DNA of 64,000 bases. Source: the human T2T-CHM13v2.0 reference genome, Homo sapiens. The first letter of the stretch is position 1. Every line of letters starts with the position of its first letter. Shown here one piece after another: positions 21,414 to 41,882 of this stretch. The notes below the pieces were generated by a model. The model ran no database searches. It was not told the DNA's origin and saw nothing but the letters and a program-made list of their open reading frames with translations. The DNA is taken from the NCBI RefSeq assembly GCF_009914755.1, contig NC_060940.1. One strand, written 5' to 3'. The position numbers and the translations under genes were made by a program.

Positions 21414-22054
21414 TGAAGCCTGTCACAGCCCCACAGGTGCTGGCAGTGTCCAGCGTGGCCCCCGCATCGGCTGCACGCCCCCAGCAGACCTGCCCACCGG
21501 CTGCACTCACTGCTGTGGCCCCCACATTGGCTGCACGCCCCCTGGCAGACCTGCCCAATGGCTGCACTCACTGCTCGGGGTTTTGCAGTTCTGTTCACCT
21601 GCTATTGGTTTTCCTTTTATCCTGGGTATCAGTCTGGTTTTTATAGCAAATCCTTTGAAACAAAATCCAGGAGGAAAAATTGTGGGAAACTTTATTCTTG
21701 TGTGGCATCACTTCCTTCCATCCGTAGCGTGGGCTCTGGGGACGTGGACTGTGCAGCTGCCCTGAAATTGGGGTGGGAGTAGAAGTCCTGAGGCCTCTCG
21801 CCTGATCCCTCCTCTGTCACAGGGCTCTGGTTGGACGTTACACTTCCTGGCCAAAGGGCCTTTGTTGCTGCCCTGAGGGAGCAGGAGTTCAGCTCATGGA
21901 GCGGAGGGTTTGGAGAGAGGGCCTCCGGGTCTGCTGGTGGGTTAATGTTCCATCAGTGCAGCCTGGGGAGCAGGGCTGGGCTCAGCGGCTCTCAGCCGGT
22001 GCTCAGTCTCTGTTGGGATGGAGAGTGAAGGGCGGAGCAGAAGCCCTTCCCGCT

Positions 22055-22240
22055 GGGACACGGCTTCTCCAGGGGACACTGCTTCTCCAGGGGACATGGC
22101 TTCTCCAGGGGACACGGCTTCTCCAGGGGACATGGCTTCTCCAGGGGACACTGTTTCTCCAGGGGACACTGTTTCTCCAGGGGATGGCAGCTTCTCCAGG
22201 GGACACGGCTTCTCCAGGGGAGGGCAGCTTCTCCAGGGGA
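22055..22240. repeat. 18-bp VNTR, about 10 copies
   Basis: Unit GGGGACACGGCTTCTCCA. Confidence 0.93.
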
Positions 22241-22379
22241 GGGCGGCTCCTGGCTTTTTGACTGTGTAAGAAACATTTTACATCAGGATTTAGACGCATG
22301 GAACATGTGTGGGAATTGGAAGTTTTGCAGAATAAGCATTTGCTGTGTGTGACGTGCTTCATTAGCTATTCTGCTATAA

Positions 22380-23120
<741 letters not shown>

Positions 23121-23172
23121 CCCCCCCCCCCACAGACAAACATGCCGCACCTGTGGCAGTAACTAGGCTTGA

Positions 23173-23346
<174 letters not shown>

Positions 23347-23911
23347 TGAGGGCAGGTGGTGTCACCTGCGCACACAGCATCGAGGCCTCCTCTGTGGGGT
23401 GGGCGCTGCTCCTTCTCTGGGGGCCTCTGCTCAGTACAAGCCTGGGAGGGAGCTGATGTGTATGTGGGGCAGCAGGAGGTCCAGACGGCACCCGCACTCC
23501 GTCCTCCGCCCCGGGGTGGAAAAGCAGACGGTGGTTCCCGGTCTGTGTTGTCTCCAGAGATAGTGGAGTTATGTTGCTTCCACACAGTGACCAGTCATGC
23601 CGGCGTTTCCCGTCAGACCCAGAGTCAGACCACGCAGTCCCGGCAAAGCCGCCTCCCTCTGACCCTCACAGTCTCTGTCAAGTTGTAGAAATAGAAATCA
23701 TACCTCAAGATGCTTTTCCTGCTGTGTGGTTCACATTTTAAAAGTTAATGTCAACAAACCTCCCTTTTATTATGAGATGAATTTGCCCTTTGATTATTCG
23801 TTAGGGTCTTTCACTAGAATTTTGTGGTTACTAGAGAGCCTTTAATTTCTTTGCCATCAATGCTCATGAGCTGTTAGGTGGAATCAGCCACAAGATGGGG
23901 TGTGGAACTAA

Positions 23912-24460
<549 letters not shown>

Positions 24461-24498
24461 ATCTTTGTTCTCCCTTGAGGGCCCCTTCCTCCTCTTAA

Positions 24499-24705
<207 letters not shown>

Positions 24706-25925
24706 TGAACCCCAGAAATACCCAGGCAGGTATTGAGAGGTGAGGTGGATGGAACCATCACACAGGAAGGAACACACGTTGCGTTTCAGTTCTGCGTAAC
24801 TCATGTCTTTATGATACCTTGTACTTTTCCTTAGTTTAAAATATCACAGATTTACCTAAGAGTAGACGCTCGTCCAACAGAAATAAAAAATGCCTTGCCA
24901 AAGAAAGTGAAAAAATAAAAATAAAAAATGCCCCCCAAAAATAAAAATAATAAAAACTAAAAATGTCTTGCCAGCCTGGGTGTGGTGGGCTCAGCCTAGC
25001 CCCAGCCTCATGGGGGCTGAGCTCCAGCCGCTGACTGTGGGCCGGAGGGCTGCTGCCGCCCGTGGCTGTGGAGGGACAGCCGTGCTTTCAGCGCAGCAGG
25101 GGCTCTGCGGAGAGGTGTGGATCTGCAGCACCACCTCTGGTGAAACTCATGGTCCCGACCGTCAGTAGGAACGGGAGATGAGTTTTGGTGACGGGTGACC
25201 GGTGGGCTGACCGCCTCTGACTGCCGTTCCGTGGCTGCTCAGTGTGGGGTCTGCGACGTCTGTGAGGAGAGAGGACCAAACTGGGAATCGGAGCTGCTGG
25301 AGGTTTCCATAGCTATGATGGCAACACCCAGACGTGATCAGTCATCTCATGGAATGGAGTTCAGACCCGCACTGTCAGTGTGAGACAGGTTGAACGTTTG
25401 AAAAGGGAAGTGGTTCTTGCCCCAGGTGTTTGAGGAGCACGAGCCTCCTTTGCGAGCTATCCCTGCGAGAACTGAGTTCCTCACCCTCAATTCGAGTGAA
25501 TTCCTAGCACGAACACGCCTCTTGCAGGTCCCCAGGGCTTCAGCTTGGGAAAGCAGTGGGTTCCTGCAGAGGAGTGGGGCAGCTGCTGTGCCCGACACTG
25601 CAAAACACACCTGGCTTCTCTCCGACAGCCCTGCGGGTCGAGAGGACTGGCGCTGCCTGTGTCTTACTGAAATTTATTTTCGTGTAACCATTTACTTTTA
25701 TGTGGAAATCGAAAAGCTTTTGATAATAGTAGCAAAGCAGGAAGGACTGAGTGGGAACCACAAGCCAGTTGAAAGAAAATACATGACGTACTTGAGTGCT
25801 CAGGACCACGAGCTGATTCAAGTTGTACAGAATGGACACTTACAGATGTGTGGAAAATCTGAGACAGGAAATGAAGCCTCACCAGTAAGCTGAACAGGGG
25901 AGATGTAATGCAAACATTTGTCCCT

Positions 25926-26230
25926 GGCTGGGCACTGTGGCTCATGCCTGTAATCCCAGCACTTTGGGGGCTGAGGCAGGAGGGTTGCTTGAGGCCAGGA
26001 GTTTGAGACCAGCCTGGGCAATACAGCAAGACCCCATCTCTTAAAAGAAAAGAATAAAGAGTATTAGCCAGGCATGGTGGTGGAGCACACCTCTGGTCTC
26101 AGCTACTCAGGAGGCTGCAGCAGGAGGATTGCTTGAACCTGGGAGGTTGAAGCAACAGTGAGCCGTGATCGCACCACTACCCTCCAGCCTGGGCAACAGA
26201 GTGAGACCCTGTCACTGACAGAAAAAAAGC
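25926..26230 (+). mobile_element. AluJ-like element
   Basis: Alu consensus with J-type diagnostic sequence. Confidence 0.85.
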
Positions 26231-26719
26231 CTTGTCCCTGAGGCAAAAAGCTTCTGAAGGGGTGAGTAGAAGCCATAAGGATCCAGAAAGTGATTGGGAT
26301 GGGAGCCGCGCCTCCAGATCTGAGGGGAGAGGGAAAGTAAGCAGGAGGCCCGTAACTCAGAGGAGGCCTCTACCCATCCTGCCAGGGAGAAAGTCAAAAG
26401 CTGCTGTTCTGTGACCCTTGCCCCGACCCTGTGGCACCCCCCCAACCATGGGGCAGGAGGAGACACTCCTCAGAGGGTTGCACTTGTTCCTAAAAGCAGC
26501 AGGAGCTATTTCGATGATTGCAACATTTATAAAAGAAGAAATCACGACCTCCTTCAACAGCCCTTTGACCTGAAGAGTGTCGTTTTGAGTTGGGGTGTCC
26601 AGAGCCGCAGCTGCAGCTCCAAGAGGCAGATGTGCAGAGAGAGGCTTGCTTTGACCACACGGGGCAGGAGCAGGGCCCAGCCAGGGAGAGGCCGGGGCCT
26701 CAGCTCACCCCCCCGTCAT

Positions 26720-27290
<571 letters not shown>

Positions 27291-28184
27291 TCATGTGAGA
27301 GGAAAGCCTGCCACTGTCATGATCCATGGAGCAGGGTGGGTGGCGACTGATGGGCGGGAACTCGGACGTGGGAGGCAGGAGTGGGCTGTGTCACATCGGA
27401 GCATGGTGCTGCTACTGGGGTGACTCGTGGAAGGTTACACCATGCAATGGGGTTTCGCTGCCTTTGCCTGTCCACCCCAAATGACTCCTAACATTGGAAA
27501 GAAGTGAGTTGAGTGTACATTTAAAAAATACTATTCTAGGCTGGGCATGGTGGATCACCTGAGGTCAGGAGTTCAAGACCAGCCTGGCCAACAGGGCAAA
27601 ACTGTCTCTACTTCAAACAAACAAAAAACTACTCTTGTAGGCAGCTGTGAACTTGATGGACATTTATTCTTACCAAATGGTGATGTTACAGCTTCTCTAA
27701 GACGTGGCTCCACCACCGGGAGTCCGAGTGCTGCCAAGAGGAGGTCTCTACTCGGAACGCAGGTGCCGTCTTTACAGTGGAGCCCCAGGAAGCCGTGCAG
27801 GTTTGAGGCTCACCTGAGAAGGCGGCAGTGCTGTGTTCCTACCTCAGGGTTCACTGCAAACAATGCATACGCTGTAGCAGTTGCCAGCTTGGTTTGTCAG
27901 TGCTGGTCTCCGTGATTGGTTCTCAGGTGTGAGTTGTAGCAAAGTTGCGTGTTAATCAGAGAGCGTCCTGCCCATCCCAGGGTCTCAGCAGGGCTGAGGC
28001 AGCGTTTGGGGACCAGATCCGTGCTGCTCCTTGGCGATGTGCACCACAGTCATGGGACCAGAGCTAGGCCCACTGTGGGGCGAGTGGACACTCAGCTGGG
28101 GGTCCCATTTATGGGACACTAAAAAACTCAGCAGTGAACACGACGTTTTAACACGGTATGTCAAGAAATCAAAATTAATGCAGG

Positions 28185-28917
<733 letters not shown>

Positions 28918-29453
28918 TAAATTAAGCGTCCTCGGGATTCTCAGAGCACTTGGATGTGGCCATCTCGCCGCCACAATTCTCAGAAGCAGCAGCTGGGCCA
29001 GCCCCTGCCCCGTCTCCGTCCGTCTCCCACTCAGCGGTTCCGTGTTGTCGAGTTAGCTCGTTGCCCCGCGCCACCTCCTTGCACACCTGATGTGGGGCTG
29101 TGGGGGAGCAGCAGAGGTGAGGACAGCCTCTGCTGCCTCAGCATCGTGGGGTTCTCATTGCTCTGAACCCTCAGTAGCTGTCGCTGGTGTGAGGGGTCAG
29201 CGCAGCGGCCATCGGGGGTGAAACTTGTCCTTCGCCTCTCAGCTGTCTTCTACGGGCCTTGTCTTCTTGACTCCCTGCCTGTCTAGTCATGTATGAGAAG
29301 ACACTTCCCGGCAGTGTGTGAACAGGCACCTGTGGTGGGAACGCTGCTGTCTCTGGGCTGGCCATCTAGAGTGTTAGGATCCCCTGTTGTTGTAGAGGAT
29401 GCTGCACATTTGCCTTCCTGCTTTGAGACGCTTTAATGACGGAGACCTCTTAG

Positions 29454-29762
<309 letters not shown>

Positions 29763-30180
29763 TGAATCTGGTGTAGACGTAGCTTTGAATTTATTAAGTA
29801 TTTTGTAAAAGATAAGTTGTGGTCATAAGAGAGTTGGAGCTAAGCAAGACTTCTTAGATAATTTAATTGGACAAAAACTTAACCTATATGCCAACTCTAG
29901 ACACATTTAATTGGTTAATTGTTGGTAATGGCTACAGGAAACGGAATAAAATTGAAGCGGCTTCATTGTTCTGAAGCCATTACTGCACTGGGATATCCAG
30001 AGAGCTGAAGGAGGGTCCCGGGGGCCCCTGGGCTCCAGGTCCATGGGTTTGCCTCGCATAGGCCTGGGCTTGTGCTTGAGAACTGCCATGCAGTGAGCTC
30101 CAGTATGCCCCCGGGTTCTAGATTTCCAAATAAAAGAGCATTTCGGAAAGTTTTAAGACTCTCTTAAGGAACAGTGGTGA

Positions 30181-30648
<468 letters not shown>

Positions 30649-31008
30649 TAGTTCCCACCTGTGGAGTATTTTCTTCTCAAATGAGGACATAGATGCTCCT
30701 AATGAAATTATAGATGTGAATCTGGGAAGAATATCAAATAAATACACCGAGCAATAGACCCAGGGCCCACATGTCCTTCAGACTGGGCCAGGAAGGGCCG
30801 ATGTGTGCCTGTGAGGCAGCTGTGGGTGGGTGTGGGTGGGTGGGCTGGCATGCGGAGCCCTGCTTTCCTGGCACTGGTCACAGGGGCAGGAGACCACCTG
30901 TCGGCTGAGGAGTCCTGTTCCTCCTGGGAGGGGAAAGGCCGTGTTCCCAGTCTGCCATTTCTTTTCTGTGCTTTGGTGCTGGAGCCAGGCGGCCAGCCTT
31001 GCCCCTGA

Positions 31009-31251
<243 letters not shown>

Positions 31252-31448
31252 TGAAACTTACGTGTTCCATACTTTTTATCCTGAACTCGTCAAGTGTGTT
31301 CCCCCGAGGTAGAAAGAAGGCTGCCACAGTCTCCTGTGCCTCTTCCTGCCATTAGCAATTACCAATGTTTTGTCAGTTTTGTTTAATCTTTTCCCAAGTC
31401 TTACACTTTTTTCTTGAACATTTTTTTAAAACAAAGCTTTAATTTTAG

Positions 31449-31920
<472 letters not shown>

Positions 31921-33430
31921 CGCTGATTATAGTGTTAGATGTAGAAAAGTTGCAGGCGCGGTGCAGAGAGCTCCCTGCCACCCTGCCTCGCTCCCGTGGA
32001 GGCCCCCATGGGGCAGTCCTCCCACCTGAGGAGCCCCCGCCGACCCGCGGTGTTGGGTCCACACGTGATTCAGATGTGCTGAGTCTCCCCAGTGTCCTTT
32101 CCGGTCTTGGGAGTCCACGTGGCGTTTGATCGCCCATCTTCTTAGGCTCCTCTGGGGTGACAGTTCCTCAGACCTCCCTTGTTTTGAGGGCTCTGGCAGT
32201 TTTGAGGATTGGTCTCATGTTTTGTAGGACGTTCCTCAGTTGCGATTGTCTGATGTGTTTCTCACAGTGGGCAGAGCTGGAGTGAACGTTTTTGTCCCTG
32301 GGTTTGGTAACTGCTGCTTAGAACTCAGGAGAGGTGCACGGCTCTTTGTCCCATGTTGTGAACAGATGGGTAGGCAGTGGATAGGTAGTTGTTTCTTCAG
32401 CCTCCCCTTGTGTCTTTCAAGCGAGCACTGTGTGTCACGTGGGGATCGTGTTTGGGGCCCTTAGACTGTCGTCCCCAGCCAGCAGCAGCCGCCTCTGGGC
32501 AGGTGTGGGCGGTGCCGTCCCCGGCTGAAGCAGGCCTGCCTGTGGACCCATGCTCATCACGGTTGACAAAGCAGCTCTGCAGAGCTCGGGCACATCACAG
32601 TGGGAGCCACAACGGGAGCAAAGCTGCAGGCAAGGCTTCTCACTGGCTGAGGAGTGGTGGGTCTGCCCCGTGTATGAACTGTCAGCTACTCACACACTCA
32701 GTGGGTTGCAGAACTTAGTAAAATCCCACACCAGCCCTAGAGAGGAAGTGTTTGTCTCTTGCAATACAGCCACAGGTAAATCACCCTAGCTTCAGGGGTT
32801 ACCATTTTCTTTAGAAAATCTGGAAGAGTGAGGAAAGGAGCAGGTAATTAACAACAACAACAACAAAAAATCTGGAAGAGTTCTGCCTTCACAGAAACCA
32901 GTGAAATGTGGCTGTGGCAGTGTTTTCTGTGGTCTGGCCAGGCCACCCCAGGGGCAGGTCCACCGGCACAGGACAGTCGGTGTCTCAAGTGTTTTCCAGG
33001 ATCCCACCTAGAATGGCAGAAATTCACTTCCCCAACTTGAGAGGTCCCAGCTCACACAACTTCGCCTCAGATTCCTTCTCCCAGTGCTGCTCTCCTCAAT
33101 CAGGAGGGTTCAGCATTTTACCCATCTCCTTCCCTGTAGACACACACGTCTTGTTTGGTGAAAGAAATTGCAGTTGCCAAAAATAAGCCAAGATTTTGAA
33201 TAGAAGTAGAAAAATTAATGAGGCTGGCCGCCGGAAAATCATTTATGAGGTTGAGATGGGGGTGATTCTTCTTTCGGAGCTGCCTCCGTGCCTCCGCTTC
33301 CCTGGGAAAGTGGCCTGTCCTGGGTGTCCTGCACACAGACAGGCCCTCACGCCTCTTGCCACCTCCCCAGGACATAGAGATGCTCTGTCTGCCCTGGGGA
33401 CTCACACACTGCTATGCCTGTTCTTTCTAG

Positions 33431-33637
<207 letters not shown>

Positions 33638-34288
33638 TTGGGAGGTGTTGGCTGCACGTGCGGGTGGTCCGGGAAGTGAGGGCTCACTCAGCCACCCTGA
33701 GTTGCTTTTCAGCTGAGGTTTGCACTTCCTCTCGCGGCCCTCAGTAGTCCCTGCACAGTGACTTCTGAGATCTGTTGATTGATGACCCTTTTCATGATTT
33801 TAAGTTTCTCTGCAGAAACTACTGACGGAGTCCTGTGTTTGTGAGTCGTTTCCCCTATGGGGAAGGTTATCAGTGCTTCCCGAGTGAGCATGGAACACTT
33901 CGAGTTCCCAGGGTTATAGACAGTCGTTCCCAGTGTGGCTGAGGCCACCCAGAGGCAGCAGAGCATTCAGACTCCAAACAGACCCCTGTTCATGCCGACG
34001 CTTGCACGACCGCCCCAGTTCCTGTGGCTCCCTCGGAATGCTAAGGGGATCGGACATGAAAGGACCCTGTGAGCCGATTGTCCTATCTCCAGCGGCCCTG
34101 TCATCCAGCTCACTCATCAATGGGGCCACACAGTCAGGCCCAGGCACTGGGCTCCGGAGGACTCACCACTGCCCCCTGCTGCCATGTGGACTGGTGCAAG
34201 TTGAGGACTTCTTGCTGGTCTAGTCACGCATGCAGTGTTGGGGATGCCTTGGTTTTTACTGCTCTGAGAATTGTTGAGATACTTTACT

Positions 34289-34294
34289 AATAAA
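34289..34294 (+). terminator. Main SPG7 poly(A) signal
   Basis: AATAAA about 650 nt after the stop, followed by GU/U-rich sequence. Confidence 0.85.
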
Positions 34295-34759
34295 CTGTGT
34301 AGTTGGAAAATCTACATTTGCATTGTCTGGCCAGCTCTAATGCAGAGGAGCTGGTGGGCTTGCCCTGGATCACAGGGTCTTGTGGTTTCAGTTTATAATT
34401 TGAGTAATGCAGGGACTAAGTGAAAAACTCCTTCTGTAGGAATCTGGGGCCTGGACCCCGTAGGGATAGAAGACGACCCAGGACACCCTGGCCCTGAGTT
34501 CCGGGGCATGCGGCTCCCACTCCGGCCCCCTTGCTTCTGCCCTCCCTGTGGTGCAGTGACGTGAGTGGATTGTCCTCTTGTTGCTGCAACACTGAAACGC
34601 TGGCGGAGCAGTAAGGAGGCAGCCACAGGTGCAGTCACACACCCGAGGGTGGCATCTCTGAGAGATGCCTTGACCTTTGCCCCAGTTCTCCAAATCCAAA
34701 GACCAGCACATCGTTGGGAGGGTTTTAGCTGGTGTAGCCAAGGGTAGTGTCCTCGGTAA

Positions 34760-36833
<2,074 letters not shown>

Positions 36834-37230
36834 TCACTGAAGTTTTTCTGCCTTTGCGCTGCAAACGTGTCTCACAAATGTGAACAAACAGAATTCCTCG
36901 GGCGTCGCCCGTTCGCCGTCGGCCCAGATACCGGACTCGCGCGCGTTAGCCCGCAAGACAGGACTCGGCCGCGGCCCGCGCAGCGGCTGAAGCGCCGGGG
37001 CAGTAACGGCGGACGTCAAGCAAGTCCGGCCGTCGGTTACTCAGGGCCCAGGAATCACGGCCGCCCCGCCGCATTCTCAGCGGCAACATGTCTGCGACGG
37101 CGGCCCTAGGGCTGCCGGGAGAGCCGCGGCGACGTCAGTTCCTCCTTTCGGGGCTCTGATTGGTCAGAGCGCCCGGCGCTTCTGGTTGGCCGGCCCTGCT
37201 ATCATCCCAGAGTGCATTGCGGGGCCGCTT

Positions 37231-37262
37231 CCTTTCCGCTCGGCTGTTTTCCTGCGCAGGAG
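37231..37262 (+). promoter_or_regulatory. RPL13: RPL13 non-coding exon 1 with TCT initiator and 5'TOP tract
   Basis: ctt|CCTTTCCGCTC...CAGGAG|gtgagg; a pyrimidine start typical of ribosomal protein mRNAs. Confidence 0.88.
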
Positions 37263-37503
37263 GTGAGGGAGACTGGGTCCTGGCCTTTGGGCATCATCCA
37301 GCGCCATCGGCCTGGCGCTTCAGCCAACGCGGGAGTGGATGGGCCCCTTCTTCTTCGCAGACAGCGTTCGGCCGCTGCCCGGGCTCTAGGCGCGGCCGGA
37401 CGGCCCAGTCTGGAGGGTTCGGGGCGGAGGCCCGGGGGGGTGCGCGCGCCCGGGGTCCGGCCTCTCACTCGCTCCCCTCTCGTCCGCAGCCGCAGGGCCG
37501 TAG

Positions 37504-37614
<111 letters not shown>

Positions 37615-37741
37615 TGAGCCCTGCGCTCGGGGCTGCCCCTGGGGCTCGTGCCCGCGGCTGCGCCTTGGCTTGCGGGTGGCCGATGCCAGGGCGGGGGGCG
37701 CTGTCTGCAACCGTCGCGGAGCGCTGGCCTGGCGGCCTTAG

Positions 37742-38053
<312 letters not shown>

Positions 38054-38127
38054 TGAGGCTTTTCATCCAGGCCTCGGGGCTGGAGAAAGCCCGGGCCTGT
38101 CTCCATCTCTCTCTGGTTCTGGGGCAG

Positions 38128-38301
38128 GTGGCCGGCATTCACAAGAAGGTGGCCCGGACCATCGGCATTTCTGTGGATCCGAGGAGGCGGAACAAGTCCA
38201 CGGAGTCCCTGCAGGCCAACGTGCAGCGGCTGAAGGAGTACCGCTCCAAACTCATCCTCTTCCCCAGGAAGCCCTCGGCCCCCAAGAAGGGAGACAGTTC
38301 T
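38128..38301 (+). CDS. RPL13: eL13 exon 4 (174 nt)
   Basis: ggcag|GTGGCC...AGTTCT|gtgagt; [24 protein letters not shown]...KKGDSS. Confidence 0.98.
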
Positions 38302-38884
38302 GTGAGTACACGGCTCTCTGGCCGTCCTGGTGCGCGGGGACAGTGAGGCTTGGCTCCTTTATCAGTGACACCGGTCCCTGGGTCTTGCTGGGGTGAGAAG
38401 AACCAAAACATTGTGGGTGATGAGCTAAGCGGGACTGCTAAGGTTCACCTGTGCGTTTCCGCAGAGATAACCTTAATGGACATGGCAAGGCTGTGTGACT
38501 TGGAGGCAGCTTTTTCCATTGATGTTGCTCTCCCTAAAATGCTTCGTATTCCAAAATATTTCTAGAAAGACCTTGTAGGATAAGGTTGATAAAGAGTCCA
38601 TTGTATACGTTTCCGGGTAGTTAAATTAGGGAACAGTTTTCTCTGCCCCGCCCGTGGTTCACAGGTAGATAACTGTCTCGTGCGTGTTGCGTCAACTCAG
38701 TAAGATATAGTCACCTAACTAATAAGGACTGTTCTTAACATTGGGGCCACAAAGTGTGTTGTGGAAAAGGCTCAGACACTGGTCCTGAACACGGAATCCC
38801 CAGGGGAAAGTTTGGGGCCAGGTGAGGGTGGAGTCCTTGCAGCAGTGCGGCCAACCCCACTTAACTCTTCTCATTCACCAACAG

Positions 38885-38941
38885 GCTGAAGAACTGAAAC
38901 TGGCCACCCAGCTGACCGGACCGGTCATGCCCGTCCGGAAC
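38885..38941 (+). CDS. RPL13: eL13 exon 5 (57 nt)
   Basis: aacag|GCTGAA...CGGAAC|gtaagt; AEELKLATQLTGPVMPVRN. Confidence 0.97.
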
Positions 38942-39433
38942 GTAAGTGAACACTTACTCAAATCCAGGCTTCAGACGAGATCAGTGGGTGAACACGTGGG
39001 TATCTGAGATGGGGGTGATGGGGGTCAGGCTTAAGAACGTTAATAGTGGCAGTTGTGGGTGTGGAGGTTTGCGGAAAGGAACATTTCTTCTTAGTTTTTA
39101 CTTCTTGCAACCATGAAGCCATACATTGGGAAGTATTTTTGTTTGTTTTGTGTTTTTTTGTTGTTGTTGGAAAGAGAGTTTCTCTATGCTGCTTACATTG
39201 GTTTTGAATTGGTGGGTTTACAGGCTTGAGCCGCCATGTCCAGCTCAGGGAGGGTTTTTCTTTTTTTTTTTAAATCCCAGGGAAGGTGATTGACTCAGGG
39301 TTGCTTTTCAGCAGTACTTATGGCAGCGAACCTGACCCCCAATCCCCGGGAGGTCCTCCGGGTTCTCCTGACGCTTGGTTGTTCCCTTGCCCTTTGGTGC
39401 ATGTGGGTTTAACAACCTGTCTTTCTCTTCTAG

Positions 39434-39593
<160 letters not shown>

Positions 39594-39880
39594 GCCCTCC
39601 TGGGGACTTGGAATCAGTCGGCAGTCATGCTGGGTCTCCACGTGGTGTGTTTCGTGGGAACAACTGGGCCTGGGATGGGGCTTCACTGCTGTGACTTCCT
39701 CCTGCCAGGGGATTTGGGGCTTTCTTGAAAGACAGTCCAAGCCCTGGATAATGCTTTACTTTCTGTGTTGAAGCACTGTTGGTTGTTTGGTTAGTGACTG
39801 ATGTAAAACGGTTTTCTTGTGGGGAGGTTACAGAGGCTGACTTCAGAGTGGACTTGTGTTTTTTCTTTTTAAAGAGGTAA

Positions 39881-40270
39881 GGTTGGGCTGGTGCTCACAG
39901 CTGTAATCCCAGCACTTTGAGATTGGCTGGGAGTTCAAGACCAGCCTGGCCAACATGTCAAAACTACTAAAAATAAAGAAATCAGCCATGCTTGGTGCTG
40001 CACACTTGTAGTTGCAGCTCCTGGGAGGCAGAGGTGAGGGATCACTTAACCCAGGAGGCAGAGGCTGCAGTGAGCCAGGATCACGCCACTGCACTCTAGC
40101 CTGGGCAACAGTGAGACTGTCTCAAAAAAAAAAAGAGACAGGGTCTTCGGCACCCAGGCTGGAGTACAGTGCCACAATCATGGCTCACTGCAGTCTTGAA
40201 CTCATGGCCTCAAGCAGTCCTCCCTCAGCCTGCCAAGTAGAGGGGTTTATAGGCACGAGACCCTGCACCC
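39881..40270. mobile_element. Tail-to-tail Alu pair (+ about 39881-40134; - about 40135-40270)
   Basis: A-tail directly followed by gagacagggtct...cccaggctggagt. Confidence 0.85.
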
Positions 40271-41832
40271 AACCTAGAGTTGCCTTTTTTAAGCAAAGCA
40301 GTTTCTAGTTAATGTAGCATCTTGGACTTTGGGGCGTCATTCTTAAGCTTGATGTGCCCGGTAACCATGGTCCTCTTGCTCTGATTAACCCTTCCTTCAA
40401 TGGGCTTCTTCACCCAGACACCAAGGTATGAGATGGCCCTGCCAAGTGTCAGCCTCTCCTGTTAAACAAAAACATTCTAAAGCCATTGTTCTTGCTTCAT
40501 GGACAAGAGGCAGCCAGAGAGAGTGCCAGGGTGCCCTGGTCTGAGCTGGCATCCCCATGTCTTCTGTGTCCGAGGGCAGCATGGTTTCTCGTGCAGTGCT
40601 CAGACACAGCCTGCCCTAGTCCTACCAGCTCACAGCAGCACCTGCTCTCCTTGGCAGCTATGGCCATGACAACCCCAGAGAAGCAGCTTCAGGGACCGAG
40701 TCAGATTCTGTTTTGTCTACATGCCTCTGCCGGGTGCCGGTATTGAGGCACCCAGGGAGCTGTTACTGGTGTGGAAATAGGTGATGCTGCTACCTCTGCT
40801 GCTGCACTCACAGCCACACTTGATACACGATGACACCTTGCTTGTTTGGAAACATCTAAACATCTAGTAGATGACTTGCAGGCTGTTGGCTACCAGTTTC
40901 CTGTCTGAGGTGTATATGTTAACTTCGTGATCAGTTTGTATGTTTGGGACTCTTGTCCTATGTAAAGTTAAGGTGGGCCGGGTGCAGTGGCTCACGCCTG
41001 TAATCCTAACACTGGGAGGCCGAGGCGGGTGGATCACCTGATGGTGAAACCTCATCTCTACTGAAAATACAAAAATTAGCTGAGTGGTGACACACGCCTG
41101 TAATCCCAGCTACTTGGTAGGCTTGAACCCAGGAGGCAGAGATTGCACTGAGCCGAGCTGCACCACTGTGCTCCAGCCTGGGTGACAGCGAGACTCAGTC
41201 TCAAAAAAAGTTGTACAAGGTGGATGGTTGGAAGCTTGAGCCTAGGCTCGAATCCCTCTCACGTGAGAGGGCCTGAAGATTTCTGGTGGATTCCAACCTG
41301 GCTGAAGACTGGCCGTGGGGGGTGCGGGGGCCTCCAGCGCTCTGCCCTCCAGCCTGCTTCCTCCCTGCCCACACCGCACTAGGGGAAGGGCCTTTCCTGC
41401 TGCCTGCGGGGCCGCACCTGGAGTAGGTAATGCCATGTGGTGACGTGAATGGAGCAGAGGTCTGTGCCCCATCACACCGCCTTGCTGTTTTTACTGTGGG
41501 ACAAAAGCACTCTGATCTGCGTGTTCCGGGGGCCCTCCTACCAGCCGACTTGACGGGAAGTCAGGGTTCAGGTATCATCTGTGCACCTGGGGCGGGGTAG
41601 TCTGCACTGAACCTGCCAGAGTCCCCTCCTCATTTCACTGAAAGTCACAGTCTCCAGGGCTGTGTTGCTAACCTTACGTTCTCTCCGTTTGCTTAATCTA
41701 TTAAGAGCCCTAACAGGAGAGGATGGGCTTTCTCTGTTGTCTGGGGCCCTGCTGTTGGCCGGTGCTCTTAGCAAGAGGTCATTTTTCTAGGTTGCGCTGG
41801 GACACTGTGAGTTTGGTGAGGGTCATGGATGT

Positions 41833-41882
41833 GGGCTGGGCTGGGCTGGGCTGGGCTGGGCTGGGCTGGGCTGGGCCGGGCT
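41833..41882. repeat. (GGGCT)n pentanucleotide repeat
   Basis: About 9 copies. Confidence 0.95.

Noticed and set aside
31948-32129. 12-nt match (AAGTTGCAGGCG) to the end of SPG7 exon 16 followed by an open frame, suggesting an alternative last exon
   Set aside because: It lies in an L1M remnant and lacks a polypyrimidine tract. Chance, or an RT template-switch hotspot, is as likely, and it cannot be supported without RNA data.
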